Shown here: one piece after another, positions 10,214 to 19,573 of the stretch
How positions within the stretch are numbered: position 1 is the first letter of the stretch
Layout of the letters: every line of letters starts with the position of its first letter
Assembly (NCBI GenBank): GCA_965116765.1
Contig: OZ220718.1
Span: 3,904,848-3,968,847 of the forward strand
DNA length: 64,000 bases
Reading direction: 5' to 3'
Source of the DNA: Vicinamibacterales bacterium
GTDB taxonomy: Bacteria > Acidobacteriota > Vicinamibacteria > Vicinamibacterales > UBA8438
Notes under the pieces: model-generated
The model's database searches: none
What the model was told of the DNA's origin: nothing
What the model saw: only the letters and a program-made list of their open reading frames with translations
Position numbers and translations under genes: made by a program

Positions 10214-10439
10214 GCAGCCCATCCTCGCAGGTTGGAGGCGGCCCGTCCAGGGTGTCGGCGCGCTACGGTCAGCGAAGACGAGAGCGAGCCCCGGACACGG
10301 CGTTGCGGCTGGCGCGGTGTTCGGGACCACGCCGCAGGTGTGGCTGAACCTGCAACAGACCAACGAGCTGCGGCGGGCCGAAATCGCGGTGGGCAACCGG
10401 ATCGCCGAGAGCGTGCAGTCCCCGCGATACCGCGGCGTA

Positions 10440-10519
10440 GCCCGCCATCGTCGCCTGCGGGCTCCGCCTGGCGCCCAACCTGCGCTCCAGGAGTCCACGA
10501 CGTTCTGCGGTGCAGACCC
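10440..10519 (-). repeat. copy of the dispersed structured repeat (reverse orientation)
   Basis: GCCCGCCATCGTCGCCTGCGGGCTCCGCCTGGCGCCCAACC...CTGCGGTGCAGACCC. Confidence 0.65.
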
Positions 10520-10656
10520 TGGGCGGGCCGCCAGCGGCCCTCCACGACGCGACACACAGGTCGGCGTATGATCGGGCCTGACGGCGCCGGGGCCGACGCG
10601 CCGAACCCGGTCGGGGCACGGCGCCGATCGTTCCGTATCGTCCCTGCGAGGGCTGC

Positions 10657-11163
10657 ATGTCGAAGAACACCCTGTCGAAGAACACGTGGTACTTCGTTGT
10701 CGGTGCGCTGGTCGGTCTGGCCGCGGCGGCGTACGCGGCCACGGCGCCCTACGAGCGGTTCCCGGGCGTGGTGATCGGCGGCGAGCCGACGCCGCCGCCC
10801 GCGGACTGGAACACCGTCAACGACCACGGCGAGGTGCTGATGAAGCTCGCCGGGTTCCCCCCGTTCGTCATCCGCATCGTGTACTCGACCGACGAGGGCG
10901 GGGTCATCACCGCCACCCGGCCCGACGGCGGCTACTGGGCGGCGCGCGTGCGGGGCGGGCGGCAGGACGGGTGGATCCGGCTCGGCGACGCGACCTACGC
11001 GCTGAGGGCGACCGAGATCGTCGGCGACGAGCGCATCCCGTATCTCGAGAGCTATGCCGGGAAGAACGGGATGGGCATGGGGTACGACTTCGAGGGCGAG
11101 ATCATCCCCAGCGTGAACGAGCCCGTCCACACGTGGGAAGTGTTCTACTGGACCCCGCGGTAG
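10657..11163 (+). CDS. membrane-anchored hypothetical protein (paralog of 3400..3966)
   Basis: ATG start, one TM helix (WYFVVGALVGLAAAAYA), and conserved blocks shared with 3400..3966. Confidence 0.65.
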   Translation: MSKNTLSKNTWYFVVGALVGLAAAAYAATAPYERFPGVVIGGEPTPPPADWNTVNDHGEVLMKLAGFPPFVIRIVYSTDEGGVITATRPDGGYWAARVRGGRQDGWIRLGDATYALRATEIVGDERIPYLESYAGKNGMGMGYDFEGEIIPSVNEPVHTWEVFYWTPR

Positions 11164-11199
11164 AGGCCCCGGGTAGGGGCCCCTCCGCCCCGCGACAGT

Positions 11200-12259
11200 C
11201 TACCGAGCCGCTTCGGCCTCCTGGCGCTCCATGTTGCGGTAGACCTCCTGAATGTGCCGGATGTCGTGGTTGCCCTCGTGGCAGGCGTACTCGTACATCG
11301 GCCCCTCGGTGGCCATCATCGGAACCTCGGCGCTCCACGGCCGGTCCCAGGTTGCGGGGTCCTCGACCGTGAACGTGTAGTGGATCGCGTCGTCGGCGAC
11401 CCGGGTGAACCGCTCCACCACCTTGAGGTCGCGGCTCGAGCCCTGCCACCGGTTCTTGTCGTTGAAGTGGCCGCTCTCGACGACGAGGGTGTCGCCCTCC
11501 CAGCGCGCGCGCCCGTCGCCCGGCCACTGGCGGATCTTCTCGGACATGGGCGGCGTCCCGATGGGGACGATGCGCGGCCCGTTGGTGCTCTGCTCGGTGA
11601 AGATGACGACGTGGGTCGGCGTCTGCAGGATGTGGTGGATGTCGTTGTACGAGGGCGGCTGCAGCGGCGGTGCGTTGTAGCGGTAGTTGAGGCAGCGCTC
11701 GCTGTGCGGGCGCAGCTCGTAGCCGTCGAAGGCCCCCCGGTCGCCGCGCTCCGCGCGAATCGCCGCCGCCCGCGCCCGGGCCTGCTCGTTGAGGGCCGGG
11801 ATGCGGCCGTTCGGCGGGTCGACGATCAGCGACGTCCGCCGGGTCGACAGCCCCTTGGGCACCGGGTGCCGAGCCAGATGGCGTTGTCGTAGTGCACGTA
11901 GGACTCTCGTCGCGGTGGCTCTGGTCGAGCACCCGCGCGCGCTCCTCGGGATCGTCGATCTCGATGACGAAGCGGGCCAGGGGGTCGGCCCCGTCGACGG
12001 TGAGCTGCGACTCGAGCAGCGCGAACTCCTCCTCGCTGTAGAACGCCTGGTCGCCCAGGTACTCGGGCCGCTCCATCGGCGTGAAGGTCTGGGTGGTCCA
12101 GTAGCCCTGCAGGTCGGGCTGGCCGTCGGGCAGGCGGGGCATCTCCCAGTTGGCGTCGCCCTCGGGGGCGCTCTGCGACTGGCTCTGGGCGAGGGCCGGC
12201 GCGGACGCCAGCAGGGCGACCGCGAGCAACGCGGCGACGGTTCGCAGACGATGGTCCAT
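11200..12259 (-). pseudogene. third copy of the secreted CHEGN-motif family (see 27223..29320), broken by two frame changes
   Basis: The N-terminal part (MDHRLRTVAALLAVALLASAPALAQ...PDLQGYW) is in the frame of ORF 11102..12316. YVHYDNAIWLGT is in the frame of ORF 11826..12404. PKGLSTRRTSLIVDPPNGRIP...YEYACHEGNHD is in ORF 11200..11862. All three pieces align to the intact paralogs. Confidence 0.75.
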
Positions 12260-12430
12260 GCTCAAACCCTCCGTGGAGGCTGTCGTCGTTGTCCGGAAAG
12301 GGCCATGATCGCTCATGTGCCTGCCGGCCGCAAGCCCGGCGGCCCCGGCCGCCCCCGGGCACCCCGGGCACTCCCGGGCACGGCCGAGGTGCTAGGATCG
12401 GCAACCACGCAGAAACCTGGAGAAGGACCC

Positions 12431-13495
12431 ATGACCAACGAACGCCACGTCGCCCGCACGGGCATCGCGCTCACCCTCGCCGCCATGCTGGCCCTCGCCC
12501 TGCCCGGCGCCGCCTCGGCCCAGTCGCACCAGCCGCCGCCCGAGCCGCCGGCCGACTGGGGGCCGATCTCGATCAACCTCGAGGGGTACGAGTACCCGCA
12601 CCCCGTCGAGTTCATGAACTTCCGCGTCGATCAACCTTCGTACCCGCACCCCCAGGACGTGTTCGGCCAGGACGTGCGCATCGCCTACATGGACGTCGCC
12701 CCGACGGGGCCCGCGAACGGCCGCACCGTCCTCTTCAAGCACGGGGGCAGCTACTACGGCTGGTACTGGGCGAGCCAGATCGAGGCCCTCGCCGCCGACG
12801 GCTACCGGGTCGTCGTGAAGGACCGCCTCGGTTGGGGCAAGTCGTCGAAGCCCATCCTGCCCTACAGCATGAGCCTGCACGCCTCGAACACGGCCCGGCT
12901 CCTGGACCACCTCGGCATCGAGCGGGCGGCCATCGTCGGGCACTCCATCGGCGGGCAGATGGCGACCCGGTTCGCCTTCCTCTACCCCGAGCGGACCACG
13001 CACCTCGTCACCGTCAACCAGGTCGGCCTGACCGACCGGCGCGCGGGGCGCGGCTACGCCCCGTTCGACGGCGAGATCGACGCCGACCCCGACCTGCAGG
13101 CCGCCTACGAGCGGGACGTGCGGACCGACGTGAACCGCTACGTCGAGTGGAAGCCCGAGCTCATCGAGCACCTGCGCATCCGCCACGGCCAGCGGCTGAG
13201 CGGCGACTGGCCGCGCCTCGCCTACGTGCGCCGGCTCGGCGGCAACCTGCGCTCGATGGACACGGTGGTCGACGACTGGGCCCACATCCAGACCCCGACG
13301 CTGATCCTGGGCGGCGAGATCGACGGGCCCGGCTTCCCCGACAACGTGCGGCGGGCGGCCGAGATTCTGCCCAACGGCGAGGCGTTCCTCATCCCCAACG
13401 TGGGGCACAACCCCCACGAGGAGGTGCCGGACATCGTCAACGCCGAGCTGATCCGCTTCCTCGCGACCGGCGCCGCCACGACGGACGGGCAGTAA
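12431..13495 (+). CDS. secreted alpha/beta hydrolase
   Basis: GGAGAAGGA RBS before ATG 12431. Signal peptide, GHSIGG nucleophile elbow, and C-terminal NVGHNPHEE. Confidence 0.85.
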   Translation: MTNERHVARTGIALTLAAMLALALPGAASAQSHQPPPEPPADWGPISINLEGYEYPHPVEFMNFRVDQPSYPHPQDVFGQDVRIAYMDVAPTGPANGRTVLFKHGGSYYGWYWASQIEALAADGYRVVVKDRLGWGKSSKPILPYSMSLHASNTARLLDHLGIERAAIVGHSIGGQMATRFAFLYPERTTHLVTVNQVGLTDRRAGRGYAPFDGEIDADPDLQAAYERDVRTDVNRYVEWKPELIEHLRIRHGQRLSGDWPRLAYVRRLGGNLRSMDTVVDDWAHIQTPTLILGGEIDGPGFPDNVRRAAEILPNGEAFLIPNVGHNPHEEVPDIVNAELIRFLATGAATTDGQ

Positions 13496-13507
13496 CGGAC
13501 TCGAATC

Positions 13508-13545
13508 GGGCGCCGCCGGTCGAGCGAGGCTCACCGGCGGCGCCC
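13508..13545 (+). terminator. 13-bp perfect hairpin downstream of the hydrolase gene (no U-tract)
   Basis: GGGCGCCGCCGGT-12 nt-ACCGGCGGCGCCC starts 13 nt after the stop codon. Confidence 0.5.
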
Positions 13546-13912
13546 TGCTCCCGCTCGGCCCCACCCGCGGTGGCGCCGGCGGTCGGTCGACGCCGAGCCG
13601 AGCCGGTTTCTCGCCACCGAGTCGACCGGTACCACCGCACGGCACTGAGAGCTCGCGAGGAGCCATGCCGGATGCTCTCGCCGAGAGGGTGCTGGCCCGC
13701 ATCGCCGCCGCCGAGGCGCTGTACCACCGGCTGATGGACGAAGCCGAGGTGCGGATCGTGATCGAGCGACCGCCGACTGCGCATGGCCGGGACGGTGCCT
13801 GCGGCCCTGGCCATCGCCCGACCGCCAGGCCCTCCATGCCGTTCACCCGCCCAGGGACGGCGGGACCGCGGCCGCGAGAGAAACCGGGACGGAGGGACGA
13901 GACGAGCGACAC

Positions 13913-15664
13913 ATGCCAATCGACGCCTCGCATCTCTGGCGGCAGGTCTCACTCGGCGAGGACACGGAGCTCGAGCTGAAGGAGGCTCGCTTTCGCGGCG
14001 ACCGGGTCGTCGGCCCGAGACGGGACGACCTGGCCGACGGGCTGGCGGCGTTGGCCAACGGCCGGGGCGGACGGCTCGTCCTCGGTGTGACCGACGAGCG
14101 CCAGCCGCAGGGGCTCGACCCCGCGCAACTGGATGCGCTGGCCGACCTCGTGACCGAGATCTGTTCGGACAGCGTGAAGCCGCCCCTGGACTTCAGTCTG
14201 TTCCGCGTGGCGGCGCCGGGGCCGCCGGGCGGAGGCGCGCTGGTCGTCGAGGTGCCGGAGGGCGCGACCGTGCATCGGTCGCCCGGCGGGCATTTCCGCC
14301 GTCGGGGAAACCGGAAACACCTGATGGATGCGGCGGAAGTCCGCCGGCTGGCGCAGGCGCGCGGGCAGTCGGACGTCGCGTCCACCGATACGCAGGTAGT
14401 CCAGAGCACCGGCGTCAACAGCCTGAAGCCGGAGCTGTGGCGGCAGTACACAAGCTCGCGGGCGGACGGGCCTGCCGAGGTGACGTTGTCGAAGCTGAAG
14501 TTCGTCGAGGACGACCGGCACGGGGCGCTCCGGGCTACCGTCGGGGGCGTGCTGCTGGCGGCGGATGATCCGCGGGAATGGCTGCCGAACGCCTGGATTC
14601 AGGCCGTCTGCTACCGCGGCTTCGGGATGGACGCCGGTCGGCAGATCGACGCGCAGGACATTGCGGGCCCACTCGACCGGCAGATACGCGACGCCGTGCG
14701 CTTCGTGGTCCGCAACCGGCGCGTGGCCGCGTTCAAGGACCCGGCCCGCACCGACGTGCCGCAGTTCAGCGAACGCGCGGTCTTCGAGGCGGTGGTCAAC
14801 GCCGTTGTACACCGCGACTATGCGGTGTCGGGGTCGCGCATACGGCTGTTCATGTTCGACGACCGGCTGGAGCTGTACTCGCCCGGCGGGCTGTGCAACT
14901 CGATGACGACCGACGACCTCCGCACCAGCCAGTTCACGCGCAACGAGCTGCTGGCGTCGCGGCTCGGACAGTGCCCGGTCGGCGACGTGCCCGGCGCCGG
15001 CGGGCGGCGGTGCTTCATCGAGCGGCGGGGCGAGGGCATCGCCGTCATCGAGGACGAGACGTTCGCGCTGGCCGGCGAGCGGCCCGTCTTCGAGCTGATC
15101 GGCGAGCGCGAGCTCAAGGTCGTTCTGCCGGCGGCCAGCCCGCCGCAGGCGGAAGGAGTGGCGGCCCGCGTCACGGTTCGGCACGGCGCCACGGGCCGGC
15201 CGCTGCCCGACGTCAACGTGCTGATGCTCTACCCCAACCGGACGTATCGCGAGGCGCGCACCGACGCGGCGGGGCGCGCCGACTTCGTGCTCTACGCGAA
15301 GCTGCCGATGACCGTGCTGTGCGCGGCGAAGGGGCTCGCGGCGCACGTGACGCGCGATCATCGGCCCGACGAGCCGCTGGAAGTCCGCATGGAGCCGGTC
15401 GCAGACGGGGGCTCGCTCATTATCGCGGACCGAACGGGACGTCTGCCGGGCATCCAGGGGCGGCTGAACCCAATCATCGACACGCTGGATCGCACATACC
15501 TCTACGCGGACAACGTCGCCGTCAACGACGGCCAGACCCAGCCGGTGCGCTTCGCGCTGAACGAACCGGTCCGGCTGACGGACTCGCTCGGGGCGAGCGC
15601 CACCGTGTGGTTCCGCGAGATGGCGGGCGCCTCGTGCGTGTTCGACTACCGCTACGCTGGGTGA
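13913..15664 (+). CDS. Schlafen-like AlbA_2 DNA-binding domain plus HATPase_c_4 protein with a ~190-aa C-terminal extension
   Basis: GEDTELELKEARF and GGRLVLGVTDE match the AlbA_2 signature. FEAVVNAVVHRDY...RIRLFMFDDRLELYSPGG matches the RecG-C-terminal-like HATPase_c_4. The C-terminal segment VTVRHGATGRPLPDVNVLMLYPNRTYREARTDAAGRADFVLY looks like a carboxypeptidase-regulatory beta-sandwich. Confidence 0.8.
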   Translation: MPIDASHLWRQVSLGEDTELELKEARFRGDRVVGPRRDDLADGLAALANGRGGRLVLGVTDERQPQGLDPAQLDALADLVTEICSDSVKPPLDFSLFRVAAPGPPGGGALVVEVPEGATVHRSPGGHFRRRGNRKHLMDAAEVRRLAQARGQSDVASTDTQVVQSTGVNSLKPELWRQYTSSRADGPAEVTLSKLKFVEDDRHGALRATVGGVLLAADDPREWLPNAWIQAVCYRGFGMDAGRQIDAQDIAGPLDRQIRDAVRFVVRNRRVAAFKDPARTDVPQFSERAVFEAVVNAVVHRDYAVSGSRIRLFMFDDRLELYSPGGLCNSMTTDDLRTSQFTRNELLASRLGQCPVGDVPGAGGRRCFIERRGEGIAVIEDETFALAGERPVFELIGERELKVVLPAASPPQAEGVAARVTVRHGATGRPLPDVNVLMLYPNRTYREARTDAAGRADFVLYAKLPMTVLCAAKGLAAHVTRDHRPDEPLEVRMEPVADGGSLIIADRTGRLPGIQGRLNPIIDTLDRTYLYADNVAVNDGQTQPVRFALNEPVRLTDSLGASATVWFREMAGASCVFDYRYAG

Positions 15665-15947
15665 TGCGGAAAGACGACAGATTGCCGAGCTCGTCGAACC
15701 CTGGTCTTCACGACCCACTTGACGACGAGGCTGGCATCGACCGTCGGCGTCACCGGTCGCGGTCCGCACGCAGGAGGATGGCGCTGTCCGACCAGTTCAG
15801 GACGCGGAAGTTCGTGCTTCGCCACGTCTTCGGCATCACGCCCGAGACGATCAAGCGGGTGTCGGACCTGCTCGGCGTCCTGCTGCGACTGCACTACGGC
15901 CGGCTGCGACTGCCGTGGAACATGGAGCGCCATCTTGCTGAGCACCT

Positions 15948-16157
15948 TCAGGCGAACGGATTGACGATGGTCAGTCCGGCGATGCGCCGCCCGGCCTGGA
16001 AGTCCTCGGTCAGCAGGGTGTCGCAACCGGCGGCGTGCGCAGACGCCACGATCAGGGCGTCGTGGAAGCTGAAATCGTGCGACCGAGCGAGGTCGACGGC
16101 GCGCAGGTGGGTGTCGATCGCGTGACGCTGGACCGGATCGGCCGGAAGTTCGGGGAC
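15948..16157 (-). pseudogene. C-terminal remnant of a PIN-domain toxin
   Basis: VPELPADPVQRHAIDTHLRAVDLARSHDFSFHDALIVASAHAAGCDTLLTEDFQAGRRIAGLTIVNPFA matches only the last half of PIN proteins. The N-terminal half, which carries the first acidic residues, is missing. The upstream ATPase gene ends at 16214. Confidence 0.6.
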
Positions 16158-16213
16158 GCTTGAACGGTGGCGTTTCGCGCCGCTGCCGGGACGGCCCGTG
16201 GACGCGCCAGGTC

Positions 16214-17377
16214 TCACCGGACCGGCATGGCTCTCAGGAGGAACTGATCGAAGAGCGGAACCGTGAACGCCGTATCCCCGTGCGCGGGGCTGTAGATCAT
16301 GCCCTTGGCGATGAGACCGGACCGGCGCGGAGCGACGGACTCGACCTTGACCCCGAGCGCCGCCGCGATATCGCCTGAGCGGTGGCGGCCGGGCCCGAGA
16401 ACCGCCATCGCGCGCAGGTACTCCTTCTCCTTGGGGGTCAACCTGTCGAACCGGACGCGGAAGAAGTCGCGGTCGAGCGTATCGATGACGCTCGATCTGG
16501 CCGCGTTGACGTCGTCGTCGGTAATCGGGTTCGCCGGCGCCGCGTTCCAGACGTGATGGCCCCATTCCTGCAGGAAGTAGGGGTAGCCGCCCGATTCCGT
16601 CACGACACGGTCCACCGCGGCGGAGGTCAGCTCGACGCCGAGATCCTCGGCGGGAACGACGATGGCGGCGGCGGCCTCGCCGGGCGGCAGCGAACCCACG
16701 GCCGGGAACTCGAAGAGACGCTCGGCGTACGACCGGGCGGCGCCGACCAGAGCCGGCAGTTGAGGCAGCCCCGCCCCGGTCAGGAGGACCGGCAGTCCGA
16801 GCTGCGTCGTCCGGTGGATGGCCGTGACGAGAGCCGCGAGCTCTTCGCCGGACAGGTACTGGACCTCGTCGACCGCCACCATCATCCCGGAATCGCACGC
16901 GGCGGCGGCCTCGCCGGCCGCAACGAGGAGATCGGTCAGGTCCTCCGCCAGCAGCCCCGAATCGGCGCGCCCGGCCAGGGCGTCCACGCCGACGGCGATC
17001 GAGGCCCCGCCCGGCAGCTTCAGCGTGAACGACTTGAGCACGCCCAGCGCGGTGGTGACCGCCCGGCTGACACGGCCGTTCCACTCCAGCAGGATCCTCC
17101 GCAGCCGAACCGCCAGCAGCGTGCGGAAGTCCCCGTTCTCGGGCGCCTCGATGAACCCGACCTTCACCCCCTCGGCTTCCGCGATCTCCGCGAAACGGTT
17201 CAGCAGGACCGTCTTGCCGACGCCCCGCAGGCCGACGAGCATGCAGCTCTTGCCCGACCTGCCGGTCAACGTCCGCCGCAGGGTCACGCCGAACCCGTCG
17301 ATCAGCTCGTCGCGACCGATCAACGCAGGCGGGCGCGTGCCTGCTCCCGGCTGGTACGGGTTCTGGAGACGGTCCAT
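16214..17377 (-). CDS. STAND/Orc1-Cdc6-like AAA ATPase with C-terminal winged helix
   Basis: Start at MDRLQNPYQPG. Walker A is GLRGVGKT and Walker B is MMVAVDEVQYL. The C-terminal LTPKEKEYLRAMAVLG...IAAALGV resembles a wHTH. Confidence 0.8.
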   Translation of the reverse strand: MDRLQNPYQPGAGTRPPALIGRDELIDGFGVTLRRTLTGRSGKSCMLVGLRGVGKTVLLNRFAEIAEAEGVKVGFIEAPENGDFRTLLAVRLRRILLEWNGRVSRAVTTALGVLKSFTLKLPGGASIAVGVDALAGRADSGLLAEDLTDLLVAAGEAAAACDSGMMVAVDEVQYLSGEELAALVTAIHRTTQLGLPVLLTGAGLPQLPALVGAARSYAERLFEFPAVGSLPPGEAAAAIVVPAEDLGVELTSAAVDRVVTESGGYPYFLQEWGHHVWNAAPANPITDDDVNAARSSVIDTLDRDFFRVRFDRLTPKEKEYLRAMAVLGPGRHRSGDIAAALGVKVESVAPRRSGLIAKGMIYSPAHGDTAFTVPLFDQFLLRAMPVR

Positions 17378-17565
17378 GGATTGACAAATCTTACCATGTC
17401 TTATCCGTGCACGGACCACGATTGCCGGTCCGTCATAAACCGCGACCGCACACATGGGGCGTTCACCGCCGGACAAGCCCACCACGAGCCGTGGAGTATG
17501 CTACGCGCTGGTTCCGGAGCACTTGATGACAGTCGCCCGCCATACCGAGAGAGGAGCACATCGCC

Positions 17566-18684
17566 TTGGCTGATCAGAGCCGCACCCGCATGGACCGGAC
17601 CGCCGCCCCCGGCGCTGCTTCCCGGCGCCGCTTTCTCGGCCGGACCGCCGCCGCGCTCGCCGCGGCGCCCTTCGTCCGGCCCCTGGCCCTGCTCGGCCAG
17701 CCCGCGGTGCGGCCGGCGCCGGGCATGCCCGAGCCGCAGCTCGTGAGCACCAACGGCATCCGGATGGCGGTGTACGAGCAGGGCGAGGGCCTTCCCGTCG
17801 TGTTCGTCCACGGCTTCCCCGAGCTCGCCTACTCGTGGCGCAACCAGATGCGCTCGTACCCGGCGGCGGGCCTGCGCGCCATCGCCCCCGACATGCGCGG
17901 CTACGGCCTGACCGACCGCCCGGCGGACGTCGCGGGCTACGCCATTCCCAACCTCTGCGCCGACCTCGTCGGGCTGCTCGACGCCCTCGACGTCGAGCGG
18001 GCCCTCTTCTGCGGCCACGACTGGGGCGGGGCGGCGGTGTGGGCGATGCCCCGGCTCTACCCCGACCGGGTGCTCGGCGTCATCGGCGTCAACACGCCCG
18101 CGTCGGGCGGTCCGCCGCCGAGCGAGCCGCCCGAAGAGCCGCTGATCGTCTTCACCGAGAACTACTACGCCCGGACGTTTCTCGAGCCTGGCCGGGCCGA
18201 GGCGGTCATGTCGCGCGACGTGCGGCGGGCGCTCGAGATGATCTTCCGGCGGGGCTGGTACTGGGACGTCGAGAACATGCGCGGCTACCCGCCCGACTCG
18301 GCCGAGAAGACGATGGACATGCTGCGGATGATCGAGGAGGGCAACTACCAGGGCGAGCTCATCATGCCCCCGGACGTCCTCGACTACTGGGTGGAGACGT
18401 TCGAGGCGACCGGATTCACCGGGGGCCTCAGCTACTACCGGGCGAACATGGGCGGCGGCGGCGCGGCGGCGCCGGGCGGCGACATCGACGTGCCGTGCCT
18501 CTACGTGGGGGCCGAGAACGACACCATCCTGCGCCCGTCCTCGTCCGACCGCATGCCGTCGTTCATCCCCGACCTCGAGCGCCACGTCATCGCCGACTGC
18601 GGCCACTGGACGCAGCAGGAGAAGCCCGAGGAATTCGACCGCGTGACGCTGGACTGGATCCGCCGGAAGCTCCGGGACGCGTGA
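17566..18684 (+). CDS. epoxide hydrolase-like alpha/beta hydrolase with a Tat-type signal
   Basis: GAGAGGAG RBS before TTG 17566. SRRRFLGRTAAALAAAPF twin-arginine signal, VFVHGFPELAYSWRNQM, and GHDWGG (Asp nucleophile). Confidence 0.85.
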   Translation: MADQSRTRMDRTAAPGAASRRRFLGRTAAALAAAPFVRPLALLGQPAVRPAPGMPEPQLVSTNGIRMAVYEQGEGLPVVFVHGFPELAYSWRNQMRSYPAAGLRAIAPDMRGYGLTDRPADVAGYAIPNLCADLVGLLDALDVERALFCGHDWGGAAVWAMPRLYPDRVLGVIGVNTPASGGPPPSEPPEEPLIVFTENYYARTFLEPGRAEAVMSRDVRRALEMIFRRGWYWDVENMRGYPPDSAEKTMDMLRMIEEGNYQGELIMPPDVLDYWVETFEATGFTGGLSYYRANMGGGGAAAPGGDIDVPCLYVGAENDTILRPSSSDRMPSFIPDLERHVIADCGHWTQQEKPEEFDRVTLDWIRRKLRDA

Positions 18685-18718
18685 GCGGCGTAGGGTGACG
18701 TGAGCGGCGTAGGGTGAC
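18681..18718 (+). repeat. perfect tandem 19-mer x2 (GTGAGCGGCGTAGGGTGAC) overlapping the hydrolase stop codon
   Basis: Read directly from the sequence. Confidence 0.8.
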
Positions 18719-18961
18719 GTGCGCGCCGGCCGGGGTCTGGTGTCGAGCAGCGACGTCAGAGGTCGACGTCCCGGCCGAAGTCGCGGGGTCGTGTGAGGTC
18801 GACACCTTCGAGCGGACAGGCGGCGAGCAGCTCCTTGAACCCGCGGGCGGCGGGGGAGCGAAGCGCTCGCGCAGCGCGGCGATCAACCGAGACATCTTCA
18901 CCAGCAACCTCACCTCTTCAGGATACACCCGACTGGCGTGGCGAGAGGACGAACGAAGGAG

Positions 18962-19564
18962 ATGGCGGCGGTCGGCGTCGCCGAGCACGGCAACTCGGCA
19001 GTGCTCGTCACCGTCGCGCCGGGCGGCGAGCTCCTCGATCGCCGCAGCATCGACCTGACGAGCGGACTGCCGACTCATCCGCACCACCACGAGGGGTCGT
19101 GGGCGGTGGGGCGCTACCGGGACAGCCCCTGGGCGCGGGAGATCTCGCTCGCCGAGGCCGTCGAGCTCGTCGAGCGCGTGCGCGCAGCCGCGGCGCGCGG
19201 GGCGCGCGAGGGGCTCGAGGCGCTGGCCGCGGCGGTGCCCGTGCCGATTGCCGCCATCGCCATCCGCGTCTGCCCCGCGCTTCCGCCGACGACCGAGGAA
19301 CGCATCGCCGACAACCGCGCGCAGGCCGTCGCCGACTCCGTCATGTATCGCGAGGCCCTCGCGGCCGCGGCCGAAACCCGCGGATGGTCCGTGCGCTGGT
19401 ACGACCGTGCGCGCGTGCTCCGCGACGCGGCGGCGGCGCTCGGCCGCGAGGACGTCGACGCGGCGCTCGCGGCGATGGGTCGATCGGTCGGGCCGCCCTG
19501 GCAGGCCCGCCACAAGCTCGCGGCGGCGGCGGCCCTCGCCGCGTTGGCGCGGCCCGCTCCTTGA
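18962..19564 (+). CDS. hypothetical protein
   Basis: Track ORF 18938..19564. Coding-like composition (MAAVGVAEHGNSAVLVTVAPGGELLDRRSIDL...). No family recognised. Confidence 0.5.
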   Translation: MAAVGVAEHGNSAVLVTVAPGGELLDRRSIDLTSGLPTHPHHHEGSWAVGRYRDSPWAREISLAEAVELVERVRAAAARGAREGLEALAAAVPVPIAAIAIRVCPALPPTTEERIADNRAQAVADSVMYREALAAAAETRGWSVRWYDRARVLRDAAAALGREDVDAALAAMGRSVGPPWQARHKLAAAAALAALARPAP

Positions 19565-19573
19565 GCGACTCCC

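Noticed and set aside
13665-13979. 104-aa ORF upstream of the AlbA_2 gene
   Set aside because: The first ~35 residues look helical and coding (ALAERVLARIAAAEALYHRLMDEAEV), but the rest is Pro/Arg/Gly junk overlapping the AlbA_2 start. It is possibly a gene remnant and is not callable.
15778-16125. Plus-strand ORF starting MALSDQFRTRKF...
   Set aside because: The SD abuts the ATG with no spacer. The frame has no stop until it has run through the antisense of the PIN remnant. It is treated as a fragment, not a gene.
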